A DNA stretch of 64,000 nucleotides. Source: Spongospora subterranea f. sp. subterranea (taxonomy: Eukaryota). Made by a program: the position numbers and the translations under genes. The notes beneath the pieces were generated by a model that saw only the letters and a program-made list of their open reading frames with translations, was not told the DNA's origin and searched no databases. Of this stretch, positions 12,091 to 24,700 are shown piece after piece; within the stretch, counting starts at the first letter, position 1; the number at the start of each line of letters is the position of its first letter. The stretch covers positions 62,001 through 126,000 of the forward strand of contig JAUGWO010000060.1 of NCBI GenBank assembly GCA_049724395.1, read 5' to 3'.

Positions 12091-14090
12091 GCAGACAATA
12101 TCATAGTCGAAGATCCCTCGGATCGCAAAGCAGGCAGCAACATGGCAGAATGTCTTTCTGATTGCACCGCAGACAATGTTATGGCCGAAGATCCCTCGGA
12201 TCGCAAAGCAGACAGCAAGATTGCAGAAGATTCCTCTGATTCCACCGCAGACAATATCATGGCTGAAGTTCCTTCTGATTGGACCGCAGACAACATCATG
12301 GCTCAAGATCCCTCTGATCGCAAGGCAGAGAACAGCATCGCAGAAGATCCCTCTGATCGCAGGCAGAGAACAGCATCGCAGAAGATCCCTCTGATCGCAA
12401 CGCAGACAACATCATGGCTCAAAATCTCTCCGATCGCACCGCAGACAACATGATGGCAGAAGATCCGTTTGATCGCAACGCAGAGAACATCAAGGCAGAA
12501 GTTTTCTCTGATCGCAACGCAAACAACATCATGGCAGAAGATCCCTCTGATCGTGATCGCGACGCAGAAAGCATAATGACAGAAGGTCCATTTCGTCGCG
12601 CCGTTCTCAACACCACGGCAGAAGATCCCCCTTGCGGCACCGTAGACAACGTCGTGGCAGAAGATCCGTTTGCCGTAGACAACATCGCATTGCAGACAAC
12701 ATCATGGCAGAAGATCCCTCTGATCGCACCGCAGACAACATCATGGCAGAAGATCCCTCTGATCGCACGCAGCAGGCAAATTCCCTCATGCACCGCAGAA
12801 TGGCAGATCCCTCTGGTTGTACCGTAGACAACATCGCAGAAGATCCTTCTGGTCGCATGTAGCAGCATGGCAGAAGATCCCTCTGATTGTACCGTAGACA
12901 ACATCATGGCAGAAGATCCTTCTGGTCGCAGAAGGTCCCTGTGGTCGCACCGTTCACAACATCACGGCAGAAGTTCCCTCTGATCGCACCGCAAAGAACA
13001 TCATGGCAGAAGATCCCTCTGGTCGCACCGCAGACAACAATATGGCAGAAAATTCCTCTGGTCGCACCGCAGACAACCTTATGGCAGAAGATCCCTCTGG
13101 TTGTACCGTAGACAACATCATGGCAGAAGATCCTTCTGGTCGCACCGTAGACAACAGCATGGCAGAAGATCTCTCTGATTGTACCGTAGACAACATCATG
13201 GCAGAAGGTCCCTCTGGTCGCACCGCAGACAACAATATGGCAGAAAATCCCTCTGGTCGCACCGCAGACAACATCATAGCCGAAGGTCCTTCTGGTCGCA
13301 CCGTCCGTCATGGCAGATGGTCCCTCTGTCGCACCGTAGACAACATCATAGCAGATGGTCCCTCTGGCCGCACCGTAGACAACATCATGGCAGATGATCC
13401 CTCTGATCGCACCGCAGACACCATCTTTTCAGATGGTCCCTCTGGCCGCACCGCAGACAACATCATAGCAGAAGACAACGATTTCTCTGATCCAACCGCC
13501 GACAACATCATGGCAGAAGGTCCCTCTGGTCGCACCGTAGGCAACATCATGGCAGATGATCCCTCTGGTTGTACCGTAGACAACATGATGGCAAAAGATC
13601 CCTCTGGTCGGGCCAGTGACAACATCATTGCAGATGCCGACATCAATCTGGGAAGAGGTCCCTCTCATCGCACCATAGACACCTACCTGACAGGAGATCC
13701 TTCAGATCACAACGCAGACACCAGTATGGCAGAACATCCTTCTGATCACACTTCAGATACCAACCTGACAGAAGATGATCGCAACACAGACACCAACTTG
13801 GCAGAAGTTCACTCTCATCGCCACGCAGACACCAACCTGGCAGAAGTTCCCTCTGATCTCCTTGCAGACTGCAATTTGACAGAATATTTTTCAGATCGGC
13901 ATGCAGACAGAAACCTGTCAGAAGATCCCTCTGATCATAACTCAGAAACCAACCTGGCAGAATGTCTTCCTGACCGCAACTTAGATAACAGTATGGCAGA
14001 ATATCCTTCTGATCACATTGCAGACACCAACATGACAGAATATTCTTCTGATTGCAATTCTCTTACCAACAATATGGCAGAAGATTCTTT
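9480..14090 (+). repeat. 39-nt minisatellite (consensus CGCACCGCAGACAACATCATGGCAGAAGATCCCTCTGGT/GAT) in three blocks
   Basis: Direct repeats visible at ~9480-10325, ~10855-11570 and ~12085-14090, degenerating after ~13620. Confidence 0.97.
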
Positions 14091-16379
14091 GAATGATGGT
14101 GCGGTTACACATTTGCCAGAAGGTTCTGTAGGTGATCAGGGTTTTTGCGACGATTCAGACAATGAGGTGATATCCAAGATGGTACGTTCAAATATGGGTC
14201 CAGGTGAGAATGATAATCAACCTGTGGGGTCCCCGATTGAGTTACCAACAACCCGACGGAATCAACGTCAGCGTCGTGTCAAATCCATTGAAGCTAGTTC
14301 CTTCAACATAAGACAGCGGCCGTCGGAGCAATCTGAAAACCAATCTCATAATGAACGCATGCCTAATGTTCGGCGGCGGTCTCGCACGCTGGATGCATCG
14401 GATGTTGAACCGAAAATTCAGCCTTACCGGCGCAAAAGGCCCAAAGATTTACTCTCTGAAGAGCCACGCCATCTTGGCAAACTCTCCAAAGCGTCGCCTT
14501 TTGATGGAAATGCATTTTCTCAGGCGTTGGCACAAGACGGCGTTATATTTGTGTCGAGAAGACAGCGACCCGTTAATTGCACAGATTGTGATAAGGCCTA
14601 CAAATCAATGGAAACTGCCCGAAGCCATTTCTATTATACACATGCGATTCGGTTTTCTGTGGAACGTCTAATGGTGTTCCCTCGCAATAAGCACCCTTTG
14701 CCTTTGCAGTGCGAAATGGTTCTACAGCACATCGCTCGATGTTGGGCGAAGAATGGACGCAATGTCGAGACAGGATTGAGGCGTCTAAGAGCTGAGTGGC
14801 GCCGAGCTATTTCACATTCCAATGCGATTGCCTTTGAGGGAAGCGACAACGACGTCGTTCTTCGGGAGACGTTTTTGATTGAGGCTATACAAAAAGACTT
14901 GGACTTAGTCATCGAGGAAACGGATATTGGCGATATCAGGAACACCTGCTTTACTTGGTTAAACACAGCTCAGTGTTGGCTATCGCTGGTTAAAGATCGC
15001 ATTGTCGAAGTGATGGCGCTGCCGTATTGCCACTACTTCAAGGATAATCTTCGCTGGATTCTGGGACCTCAAAAGTGTTCCATGTTTATTTTGGAATTAC
15101 TGTGGTATAGAATCCGGCAACTGGATCCTTCCGAGATTCTGTTTCAGACATCTGAAAACGCTCGAACCAGTCGCGCCAAGTTCAGGGAGCTCGTTGCGAA
15201 ATTGTAAAAAACAACTTAATAAACTTACAGAGACTTTCATTATCTCATCTCGGCTTTTATTTTCGCAATCAAAACGCTTCAACTAAATATTAGCTCAAGA
15301 CCTAGCGATCGAATGGAGATTCCTGATGGGATGGACTTGTTGCAAATGCTGTGTACCAGCATATGTGCTGCCACCATGGTAAAACAAGCAAACGGCCATC
15401 ACAAATGCCTTCATCGTCAAATCGTTGATGCAGCTCGTCCATTTTGAGATTTGCAGAGAGATGAAGACCCGATTGAACTGCCTCGAACAGGTCAGCACCA
15501 TCATTGTCGACCGCATTCTGTTAGTGCAAAACAGTTCAGAGCGCTTCGAGGAACCGTGACGACATTTGACCAACGACGACGACGACGACGAGCAACCATT
15601 TGCTCAAAGTTTGCCCAAAAGAACGTTCAGCAATCGGAACGTGCTCGCCTGGCGGCAATCAAGGTTGGGTAGGGATTTCTATGGGATTTTCATTGATTTA
15701 TGTTTGAAAGGAATATTCCCTCAAAAACTTCGTCAAAGAGCGACCGCTCTCAACACACCACTGCTCCTTTGTCGTCGTTGTCTCGGAGGAGGAATTTGCA
15801 GATCGATGTGGGTCAGCGGGCAGATTGAATGAAGGATAGCATCGGGTTCCGGAATCGTTTCGGGCAGTTTTCTGAGATCATACATTAGGGTTGTTATCGT
15901 TGCTTGACAAGGCCACCGATCAGGGTATTCTCTCGCATGTATCTCCCCTGCCCCCCGTCCGAATAGCCCTCAGTTGCAACGCCGCTTGAGAAACGACTCA
16001 AAGAGTCGGATTGTACGACCGATGATGATGGTTGAACCCCCTGGCCCCCATATTGCGAGAAAAACAACTTTGTTCCATATTTGTACTCCGGCCTCGAAAC
16101 CTGCCGATATGAATCAGGCCTGACACATAAAGGTTCCGCTTTGCTTTGACAAAGAAAAAAACGTACAATCTAACACCAAGTACGCAAAGGCAAGCGCCCT
16201 CCAGCTACGACAGCCGTTGAAAAGTGTCGACTGGATCGCCCGGAGGAATGTAATTTTGATCCTCAGTCAATTTCATGTGAAAGCATTCGGAGATGGTTGG
16301 GAGTTCAGTTACGCAAGGCTTTCCGAGACGAGCACTTTTTTTGTGAAGTCCACGCTGGGCCAGGAGAAGTTATCACCAT

Positions 16380-16800
16380 GTACAGGTGGATTGGTTTGAT
16401 GCCAGAATATTGATGAAAATCGCCAAGAATCAAAACTCAGCAATTGTTTTCGGAGGGTGGCTGTTTCGAATAATGTTTAAGGAAAAACCCAACCATTTAG
16501 CCCAGGCCCAGGAGCCGTCTGTGTGTCTTCCCGCCTCAAATACATTGATCACGACGCTTTGTCAGTCGTTTGTGACGCCGATGAAGGGCTTATGGACATC
16601 ATGCCATCAACACGGCCGTTTCATGGCGTGCCCAGAGCTGGAAAAACGACGGGGCCGTATCAGTTGATCAATCATGGAGAGCAACGTCTCGTCAAACAGC
16701 GACATACATCATTGATCAGAAAAACGCAAGGAACAACTACTGTAAATGCTGATCTTGACAAAATATCCACCTTCTTACTAATCAACGTCTCTCATCAATG
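16380..16800 (+). pseudogene. Possible decayed P-loop NTPase gene fragment
   Basis: KYIDHD...FHGVPRAGKTT gives a Walker A GxxxxGKT at 16625-16648; flanking frames are interrupted. Confidence 0.35.
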
Positions 16801-17145
16801 CTAATTCATATGCCCCAAAAACACTGTTGAGCTTGTACATGCTGGGAGTTGCTTGCAGGCGTGTTCAGTTGACGGTAGGATTCACATTCAATGCGCCTTT
16901 TGCTCTGAACAAAAACGATCGGTGTCAAATGGCTAACCCCAGATTGCCTGCCTGTGAAAGCTTATTAGGATCCCGTCGGCCAGATCTGTCCACGAATTTC
17001 CCCAACACCATATCAAGTACTCAGACTTAACTTCATTTTCACCATCAATTTGTTGGAACGTCGAGTTTAAACCTTACCGGCAGAGGTCTGCGCTGACGCC
17101 AGCGTCGTGGGCGTCAGTAAAACAGAACGGTCGGGAGCGATATCC

Positions 17146-20100
17146 ATGGGCGCCGTGCCTGTAGATATTTTTTCCAATGTTTCAGAGGACATTGACGGGG
17201 ATCTTGTTCCTCTAAAACGGTACAGTCGCGATCTTGCCCCTGGATCACGTACGAGGACAACGACAGCCATCAGATGGCGACCCGCCGTGAGGGCGTTGTC
17301 TCAGTCCGATCCGGCAAAGGTCCTATGCGACGTTGGTCCAAGCGCCTGATCGTGCTGACTAGGGAGAACGTCATCATCTATGGAACTGGGAAATCGCCAT
17401 CGCTTCACGATATCGCCCCCATTTCACGAATATCCTCGTGTATGGTTTGCGACGAGGTCGGCGCCGACGACCAATTCGAGGTCGTCTACGTACGCAATTG
17501 GAAACCTTGTAAAAGGAAGACGTTGCGGATCCAATGCGATTCGGCTCAAAGGGCTCAGGCCTGGGTTGACGCCATCAACAGCATGTTCTCACCACGCCGT
17601 CAATCCGATTCCGTCGACGCCAGTACGCTGGCGACGGCGACACGACAGTCCAGGAAGCGCTTCTCCCTCCCGTCCATCGTGGCCGAGTTCGGCGATCGGG
17701 TCGATTCAACTCAGCGGATCAAGTGACGACTGATTCATTGCGTGTTTTGGGGGGTTCTGACGTCGTTGATCAGGTCGCTGCAAATGCACCAGAGCGCTGG
17801 TCTTGGGTCGTCGTCTCCTCTGACGCCTCGCAGTATGAGCGCCAGCAGTGCTTTCCCTTCAACGCGAACGATGTCAAGCGGGCCATCCACTCCCCGCCTT
17901 GGCCATCACGCCCGTCTGCAATCCACAACAACCAGCCGCGGTCCAAACGATAGCATGAATTCCGAGTTCAGGTCGGATTCGAGTTGGCGAGGATGCGTTT
18001 GCTACCCGGCGCTGATGGTTGTGAGTTTTATAGGGAGAAGCTACTGCAACTTGTGGGAGACATCGGAGGAGTTGAGGCGCAGCTATTGGTTCAGTTGCTC
18101 GGCAATGATCAGGCGATTTTGGCGAAACTCTTAGAACAGGCGGATCGTCTGAAACCGGAAGAGGAACCGTTAGTTCATATTACTTCCACGTCATTTTCAA
18201 GGATTCACCCACTTCTGAGTTTCCAGCGCTGTTCCAGCCAGAATAGTTTTCTAAATCCAATGTTTATGTCGTTTCGGGTTTACAGTGTTTTCCTCTTCAT
18301 ATTTCCGGGTTTTGAATACTTTTGATCGCAATTCAGTTCAAGATTATACCCGAAACGTGCTCATCGATTTCCCCAGTAAAGTTATCGAGTCGACATGTTT
18401 GATGATTGTCAGCCAATGCTTTGGTGAATGTGGAAATGCGCAGGAAAAATGGGATCCAAGGCGAAATCAACTCAACAATGAAATATCTGTTGGCCGATCC
18501 TCGGTTTGAGTCAACGCTGGAGCTGGTACCGAAAGAGGAAAACGCACATGCGTCAGCGCTTTCGGTTCAAATCAAATGGCGTCTGGTCAAAGGAAAGGTT
18601 GTCGTCAGCACCGATGACCAACTGGGTGAGGAAAGTTAAATCGTGCTTTGCATGTAGATGGGCGCTCGCGATAAATTTTCGACCTTCTTGGAGAACTTCC
18701 TTCGTGGCGAGCGGTTCAGTGAACCTGTCGCTCAAGCCGTCATGTTGTGCTTGAAAGGCCCTAGAACTGCTAAGTTTCCCAAGGCAATCTTAGCCACAAT
18801 CAATTCACTCGTTTTTTGTAAAACTCAAAAGAGCGTTGGACGGTCTCCGCTTTGGGATGCCCGATCAGTTTCTGGACATTGACCATAAAGATAGTTCAAA
18901 ACATTAATTGACGTTGTTGGGACAGTTGCTTAGATATCCACACGTTTGGAAGGGTTTATTGCTGGCAACGGTTCATGCCCCGCCATCGGTCAAGAACAGC
19001 GTCTTTCGGGAGTTGACTTGGCTGTTATTGGATGAACCGTAATGCTTAAATCCCACTCATCGCAAACAATCGAGCTGAATATCTGCACAGAACAAATGCG
19101 CAAACGCTGATTTTGCAACCAAACTGGTTGGATTGGTTATTGCAGCCTGTGATATTCGAAAACTCTAATGCGTCTCAGCGAGATGAGCATATGCATGTAA
19201 ACAGGAATCGAATAACAACGGGTCATAATGGTCATCTCATACCGATTGTGCATTTTCAGCTGCGAATGCACCTAGTGGTGCTACTGCATTTCGATCTCCT
19301 GTCGACGCTAAACCATTTTGAAGACATGCTGAAAGACACAATGTCGTATTTCTTCAGTTGGGGTGCCCCAGGGAGAACGGCTGCAATTGTGTTCCTTGAA
19401 TGTTTGGTCTCGAAACTGACCAGACAGCGCCAGATATTTCCAATGAGCCAGGCAGATGTTCATATTGAGTAATATTTTTTTCAACAACTGCAGTTGACGA
19501 TCATGGTTCTAATAACCACATCACTCCCTTTATTAGAAGCCTGTCGCAGCTGTTCGAGATGATAGTCTCGTTCACGTTCACGACGTTCGATTGGGTGACG
19601 TGCAGGGTTGAGAAGCAAGAACGAGCTCCATCAACCTACTGGGATTACCGATTATTAACGGAGTTGCCATTAGCTGGAGCTCGCCAGATCGGACCAGACA
19701 TCGAAAGCGTCGATCTAATCGACGCGGCCTACTCGCTGCTGATTGCGTTGGGGTTCACAAACGAAGACGAATCTGTCTTGCTCCAAGGAGTTGGGTATGG
19801 AAAGGATAAGGCAGCATTATCAGCATATATCGCATGGAAAGAATTCTTCAGAGACTCGCTTCTTTTTTTAACAGTACTATCTTGTGAGCTGCCCCGCTTT
19901 AACCGAATTCTCTTTCTGAAACTTATCCGACCTGAAATTTATAGCAAGAGAATCATCCCTCAGTCTAGAAAATCACATCCAGCCTCAAACTAAATCGTTT
20001 TTGATGGCATCGTCCTCTGGCAAGCGAATTGAAGTTTGTGCTCAATGTGTAATCGTACCTCAGGACCTAGACTGTAAGAGCGGTTCATTGTCAACATTGT

Positions 20101-20574
20101 GACATTTCCTAACCCTTGCTCACGATTCTAGACGACAATCACAACACGGACGTGAAGCTTCTCTATCACCTTCTGCACAGACGCAACTGTCAGTTTGACA
20201 CCTTGGACAAAGCGACCGTTGCACTTCAGAATTATCTAAAGCCGGAATTTTCTGCCGCTGCTTTGATCGACGGGTTGATTCTCTTGCATATAGCGTCAAG
20301 AACACAGCTGGCACAATCAATTGCTATTCTTCTTCTGGTGGTTAATGGCATAATGTCAGTGGAGTGGAAACCAACGGCATTTGGCAGCTCTCCCAACCAG
20401 GTCTACCGCTTTGTTAACGAAGACGCCGCTCTACAGGACGCCCCGAAAAAATCGGAAAATCCATCTCCCAAGGACGCCCACCACGACGTCGACAACGACA
20501 CCGTTCACGATGAGAAATTAGAAGATGCTATTTTCAGAATAGCGATAAATATAGACGACAATACCAGTAAATAA
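17146..20574 (+). CDS. Large multi-exon protein with N-terminal PH domain and helical C-terminal region
   Basis: REGVVSVRSGKGPMRRWSKRLIVLTRENVIIY...FEVVY...LRIQCDSAQRAQAWVDAI is a typical PH domain. Downstream coding segments are joined by short GT-AG introns. Confidence 0.7.
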
Positions 20575-20825
20575 AACAAAATATGAAACCAAAAACCCCA
20601 ATGGGACCTGAGAGCGATTACGAATATTGAGAGGCAATTAACAAATGAGGTTTAGAACATAACTATCATATGGATTTATCGGATCACGCCCGTGGGTAAC
20701 GCAACGTAACGCATGTGTAACCGCCTCACAGTTCTCCAGTCGCTACCCCACTGTTGAGAGTGCATGACCCGTAACCGTATAACACCTACAGGGTAGCGCG
20801 ACCGTTCACCGTAGTCCACGTTGAC

Positions 20826-21710
20826 ATGAATCGGTTTTGCTCGCTCGCCTCATACCCTATTCCTGGATGGGCGTCGTCCGTCAGCAGCCGAATTGGGCGT
20901 CGTATCCCAATTCGGCGTCCATCTCCCTGCAATGTCGGGCCCGTATTTTATACAAGATGGTCGGCCAAAAACCGAGGCTTCTATTCGCCGCTTTCGTCTT
21001 CTAAGCTTTCTACCAGCGTTTTGAGTTCTTTCAAAATTACGAGTCCTGTTAAAATCACTTGTACGTCTATCAGTAATAGCCTGCACAGGCGCTGCGTCCA
21101 TACTAATCCTCGGAATTGGAAGTTTGACGAAATCATTAAGTCATTGTCGAAAAGGACAGGATTAAATGGAATGCATTTGACTGGTGGGGTGTGCGTTTTT
21201 TTTATTGGCTATATTGTCTATACGATTGGAATTGTAAATTGTGTAATGGCCGCATTAGCGATATATATATGGCGACACCTTAGTCACACGTTGTCGCCTC
21301 CAAGTCACCGACCTCTTCGGCAGAAAACTTCAACATTGGAGGGCCTTTTCCAACAGTTTGTTGGCTCATCGTTGAAGGACCCTTATTCTGCTTTCTCTGC
21401 TGTGCATCAGGAGCTTCAAGCAAACGGAGAACTTCGCAAACATATGGGTTCGCAAGTTGAAATATCATCGCCATCCAGTATCGTCTCAAACTCAAGCGGG
21501 AGTATCACCACGATTGAGATTGAACTAAATGTTCGGGGACCGCGAAGTTCGGGTATAGTATATGCCAAAGCAAGTACGTCTCAGGATAATGAGTGGGTTA
21601 TTGGGCAATTAAACCTTCAAACTCACAACGGGCGGGTTATCAATCTTCTCTGCCCCCATGATTCCTCGTTCATTGACGTTGAAGGACATGAAGTGACTAA
21701 AAAGAACTAA
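20826..21710 (+). CDS. Mitochondrial inner-membrane Coa1/Tim21-like protein
   Basis: R/S-rich presequence-like N-terminus, TM segment, then VHQELQANGELRKHMGSQV...IELNVRGPRSSGIVYAKA...W...L.L, typical of the Coa1/Tim21 fold. Confidence 0.65.
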   Translation: MNRFCSLASYPIPGWASSVSSRIGRRIPIRRPSPCNVGPVFYTRWSAKNRGFYSPLSSSKLSTSVLSSFKITSPVKITCTSISNSLHRRCVHTNPRNWKFDEIIKSLSKRTGLNGMHLTGGVCVFFIGYIVYTIGIVNCVMAALAIYIWRHLSHTLSPPSHRPLRQKTSTLEGLFQQFVGSSLKDPYSAFSAVHQELQANGELRKHMGSQVEISSPSSIVSNSSGSITTIEIELNVRGPRSSGIVYAKASTSQDNEWVIGQLNLQTHNGRVINLLCPHDSSFIDVEGHEVTKKN

Positions 21711-21799
21711 CAGTTCAACCTATGTTATCTCTCACCGCTGTCAGGTTGCCGCTTGACCTATGTTAACGACATAAATTTGATCTCACATCACAGCAAGGT

Positions 21800-24700
21800 C
21801 AGATTGAGAGATGGTTCCAATGACCAGGTACGAACTATCAGGCGTTTTCGCGAATATTTTCGATGATGCCCATCGTGGCTTACAAAGTGCTTCTTTTATG
21901 CCAAAAATCAAGAGCTTGTACCTTTAGAGATATCTTCCTATTCGATATGGGATTTCAGAGGTCCAATTAGTGGATCTTATGAGCAAGATCCGGTGATTGA
22001 TGAATGTTGTCGTGTTTGCGCGACTATGTGAGCCTATCTCATCGACAATGTCGTCATAGTCTCCTCCTTACTTCGCTAGAGATTGGAGTGATGGCTCTAG
22101 ATCGAGATAACCTACCGCAGATGATTCAAACCATGTTGATGGCTTTTGGTGGTTGCCTGGCTCCCGAACCGGATCCCAACGAAAAAACTGGGCAGCTACC
22201 TGATCTCTCTGTGCAACCGATTCAATGTCTATGTCAGACGCAATCCAGATGGAGAAACGATGCCGCCGCACCGTCGTCGTGCATTATATTGGCCCAAAAA
22301 AGTTTTGCTATTGCAGGAACCATGGCCTTTTTACTTGAAAAAGTCGCAACTGACCCTGACGAGGATAGATGTTCATGGCTACTAAGGCTGGCATATGTCC
22401 TGGATTTTATAGAAACTAATTCTGACAAGTGTTGCGGCGCCATTGCCCCGATTAATGCGGTAAAATCTACATCTAGCGAAACCTTATCCAGTGGGAAACG
22501 GGAGCCGAAATGGAATGATTTCGTACAAGTATTATACTGTAGTGCTCTTTCGATTTCGTTGCTTATTCCCTTGGATGTTTCAGGCTATCCACAGTCGGAA
22601 GCTTATCAAAGCGGAGCTGATGGCCGTTTTCTTCGAAATTTTAGTCGGCCGTCTTGCGACCAAAGAACAAGATCGGCGCCAAGGCTGTCAAGCACGATTC
22701 ATCAGGAATCCAAACATTTTTAATTCGGTAACTAAGTTTGCGATTCTTTTGAGGAGGTCTCTTAGAGATTACCATTTCTTCGCCAGATCACTCAACTTTT
22801 GTCGGTGTCGGATGCAGGGGCGTGGGAAAACTGCAATGAACAATTTGTCATATTTGCTTGAAAATGAATCTTGTAATGCCGATGCAATCATGTTGAATAA
22901 GAACTGGTTGCGATTGATATTAGGATTGTTAAAGCTGCCCCAGGTATGCTTCATTTGAATTGGACTGTAATTTTTAACATCAAGTCTAGGTGGCAGTATT
23001 GTCTTGTAGGAATAGTAAAAACTTTTTGGAGGTGATTGGAAACGATGATACAAGTTTTTGCTTCAAGATGATTATCAATGTTTTATCGATTATTTTGCTT
23101 CGTGTCTTGTGGACGAAGCGAGACGGTACACGGTACATGTTAAAGCAAACGATTGATACTATCGAGGATGGTCGGTCCAGGACTACTAATATCAAGTTTA
23201 CCTTAACTGCTTTTAATTCGGGAACATTTACCTTAGAGTTTGGCTATGGCGATATGGAATCAGCAGCACTTGTTCGAATCGTGTTATATGTCCTATCAAA
23301 TCGGCTTCGGCATTTTTCAGTTCACCAGCTTCAGGACAATCCTGTGGCGCTCCCAAACGTTATCAAGCTAATAGAGGGCCATAGAGCAATTCATTTTCTA
23401 CAGGTATATATTTCGCTATTCAACATCTTAATTTTGATGTGCATATCGTTGCAGTGTCGGGTACCCGAAATATTCCGTTGAATATCACGACATCGTGTTA
23501 CATACAGCTCTTGACGGGAATGCAGATGCAGACAAAGATCTGGTAATGGTCACTTGTGCTATGTATGCTTGGCTGCGTAATGAATCCAGTTTAGCTGGAT
23601 GCCGCGGTTCTGCTATGCGAATTCGTTCATCGATATACATTTTACAACAAAGATATTCCAAATTCATTATCAGAGCAAAAGCCAATGCTGAACCGAGTCA
23701 GAGACTATCTTGCACTGTTCAGCGATATTGCGTGCCTATTTGCAGTTCACAATGCACCCATTCCGTTGCTTGTGAGTACATCACTTGTTAAGAAAGCTTA
23801 CCTCAAAGCAGGCATCGGTCATAAACTTCCAAGAGTAAAGAATCTGGATGTTGCTCAGTTACGGTCTCTGTTGACAGAGAGAGAAGCTGCCAAAGCGCAA
23901 AGGCTTCAAGTGGCACAAGATATAGAATTGCGGTTTCCAGAAAGAACGTCATCTGATAGCAATATTAGGACTCGAGATTACACGCTTCCCAATTTCGAAC
24001 GATCTCCATCCCTTACAAGAGTTAGTTTTGTTGACATTTCCGACATAATTTCTTATTGTGGGTTGATTCTCACCGAAGGTGCAGGATTCTATAGAACCAC
24101 CTCCGGGAACGACCATCGCCCCACGCTCTTATAGCAGGCGAATGAGATTTATGCTCAAGTCCTATGGGTCTTTGAGCGACGCTCAAAGCGCCGCTGAAAG
24201 GCACTCGGGGAGAGTTCGCCCGGTTTACATTGTTGAGAAAGGTTGCGAAAGGACTCGTAAAGGTATCCTTATATCCAGCTATCTTCATCACATACGCTTA
24301 GAAGCTTGTAGGGGATGCCGACCATTTGTTGTATGCTGAGAAAGGTGATTTGGTTGTCCTCATGTCGCCTCACACCAACTCAAAAATGATGCTGGGATCG
24401 TGTCGGAACAGGACTGGATTTATCCCCAAGTATTAATTAATTACACAACTGCCAATACCTTTTCTGATGCGGTTTCACAATAGGAGCTGTTTGAACCTAA
24501 AGCCGGTCGGATTTGAAGTCGATGTCCAGGTGCAGAAAACAGATTCAAGCTCTATGCACGATAGAGCCACGAAGAAGCTTATTGCAGCGTCGCCCTCTAT
24601 TATCACGACGTTCAAAGTGCACATGCGTCAAGATTTATCAATTGCCGCATTTTGAATCTGCCAATGTGTTTAGATGTCATCAGAGGATTCAGGTAGTTCC

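Larger units (their letters stand above)
8484..15207 (+). pseudogene. Giant acidic tandem-repeat protein gene with C-terminal C2H2 finger; frameshifted (pseudogene or assembly errors)
   Basis: Exons 8484-8528, 8586-8619, 8661-8726 and 8777 onward splice in frame into the 8985 ORF. Successive ORFs 9316-11415, 11408-11884, 11845-12453, 12414-12827 and 13003-15207 encode the same TADNIMAEDPSGR repeat. C2H2 motif CTDCDKAYKSMETARSHFYYTH at ~14578-14643. True start codon not resolved. Confidence 0.7.

Noticed and set aside
9480..13620. CRISPR-like array
   Set aside because: Units are contiguous 39-mers with no unique spacers, they keep codon phase, and the context is eukaryotic with no cas genes
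9408..13668. Antisense and alternative-frame repeat ORFs (MMLSAVRPEGSSA; QTTSWQKIPLIAP)
   Set aside because: By-products of a repeat unit that lacks stops in those frames; only the AEDPS frame links to the spliced exons and the C-terminal domain
15295..15832. Short overlapping ORFs and a GAC triplet run
   Set aside because: No consistent gene model or domain
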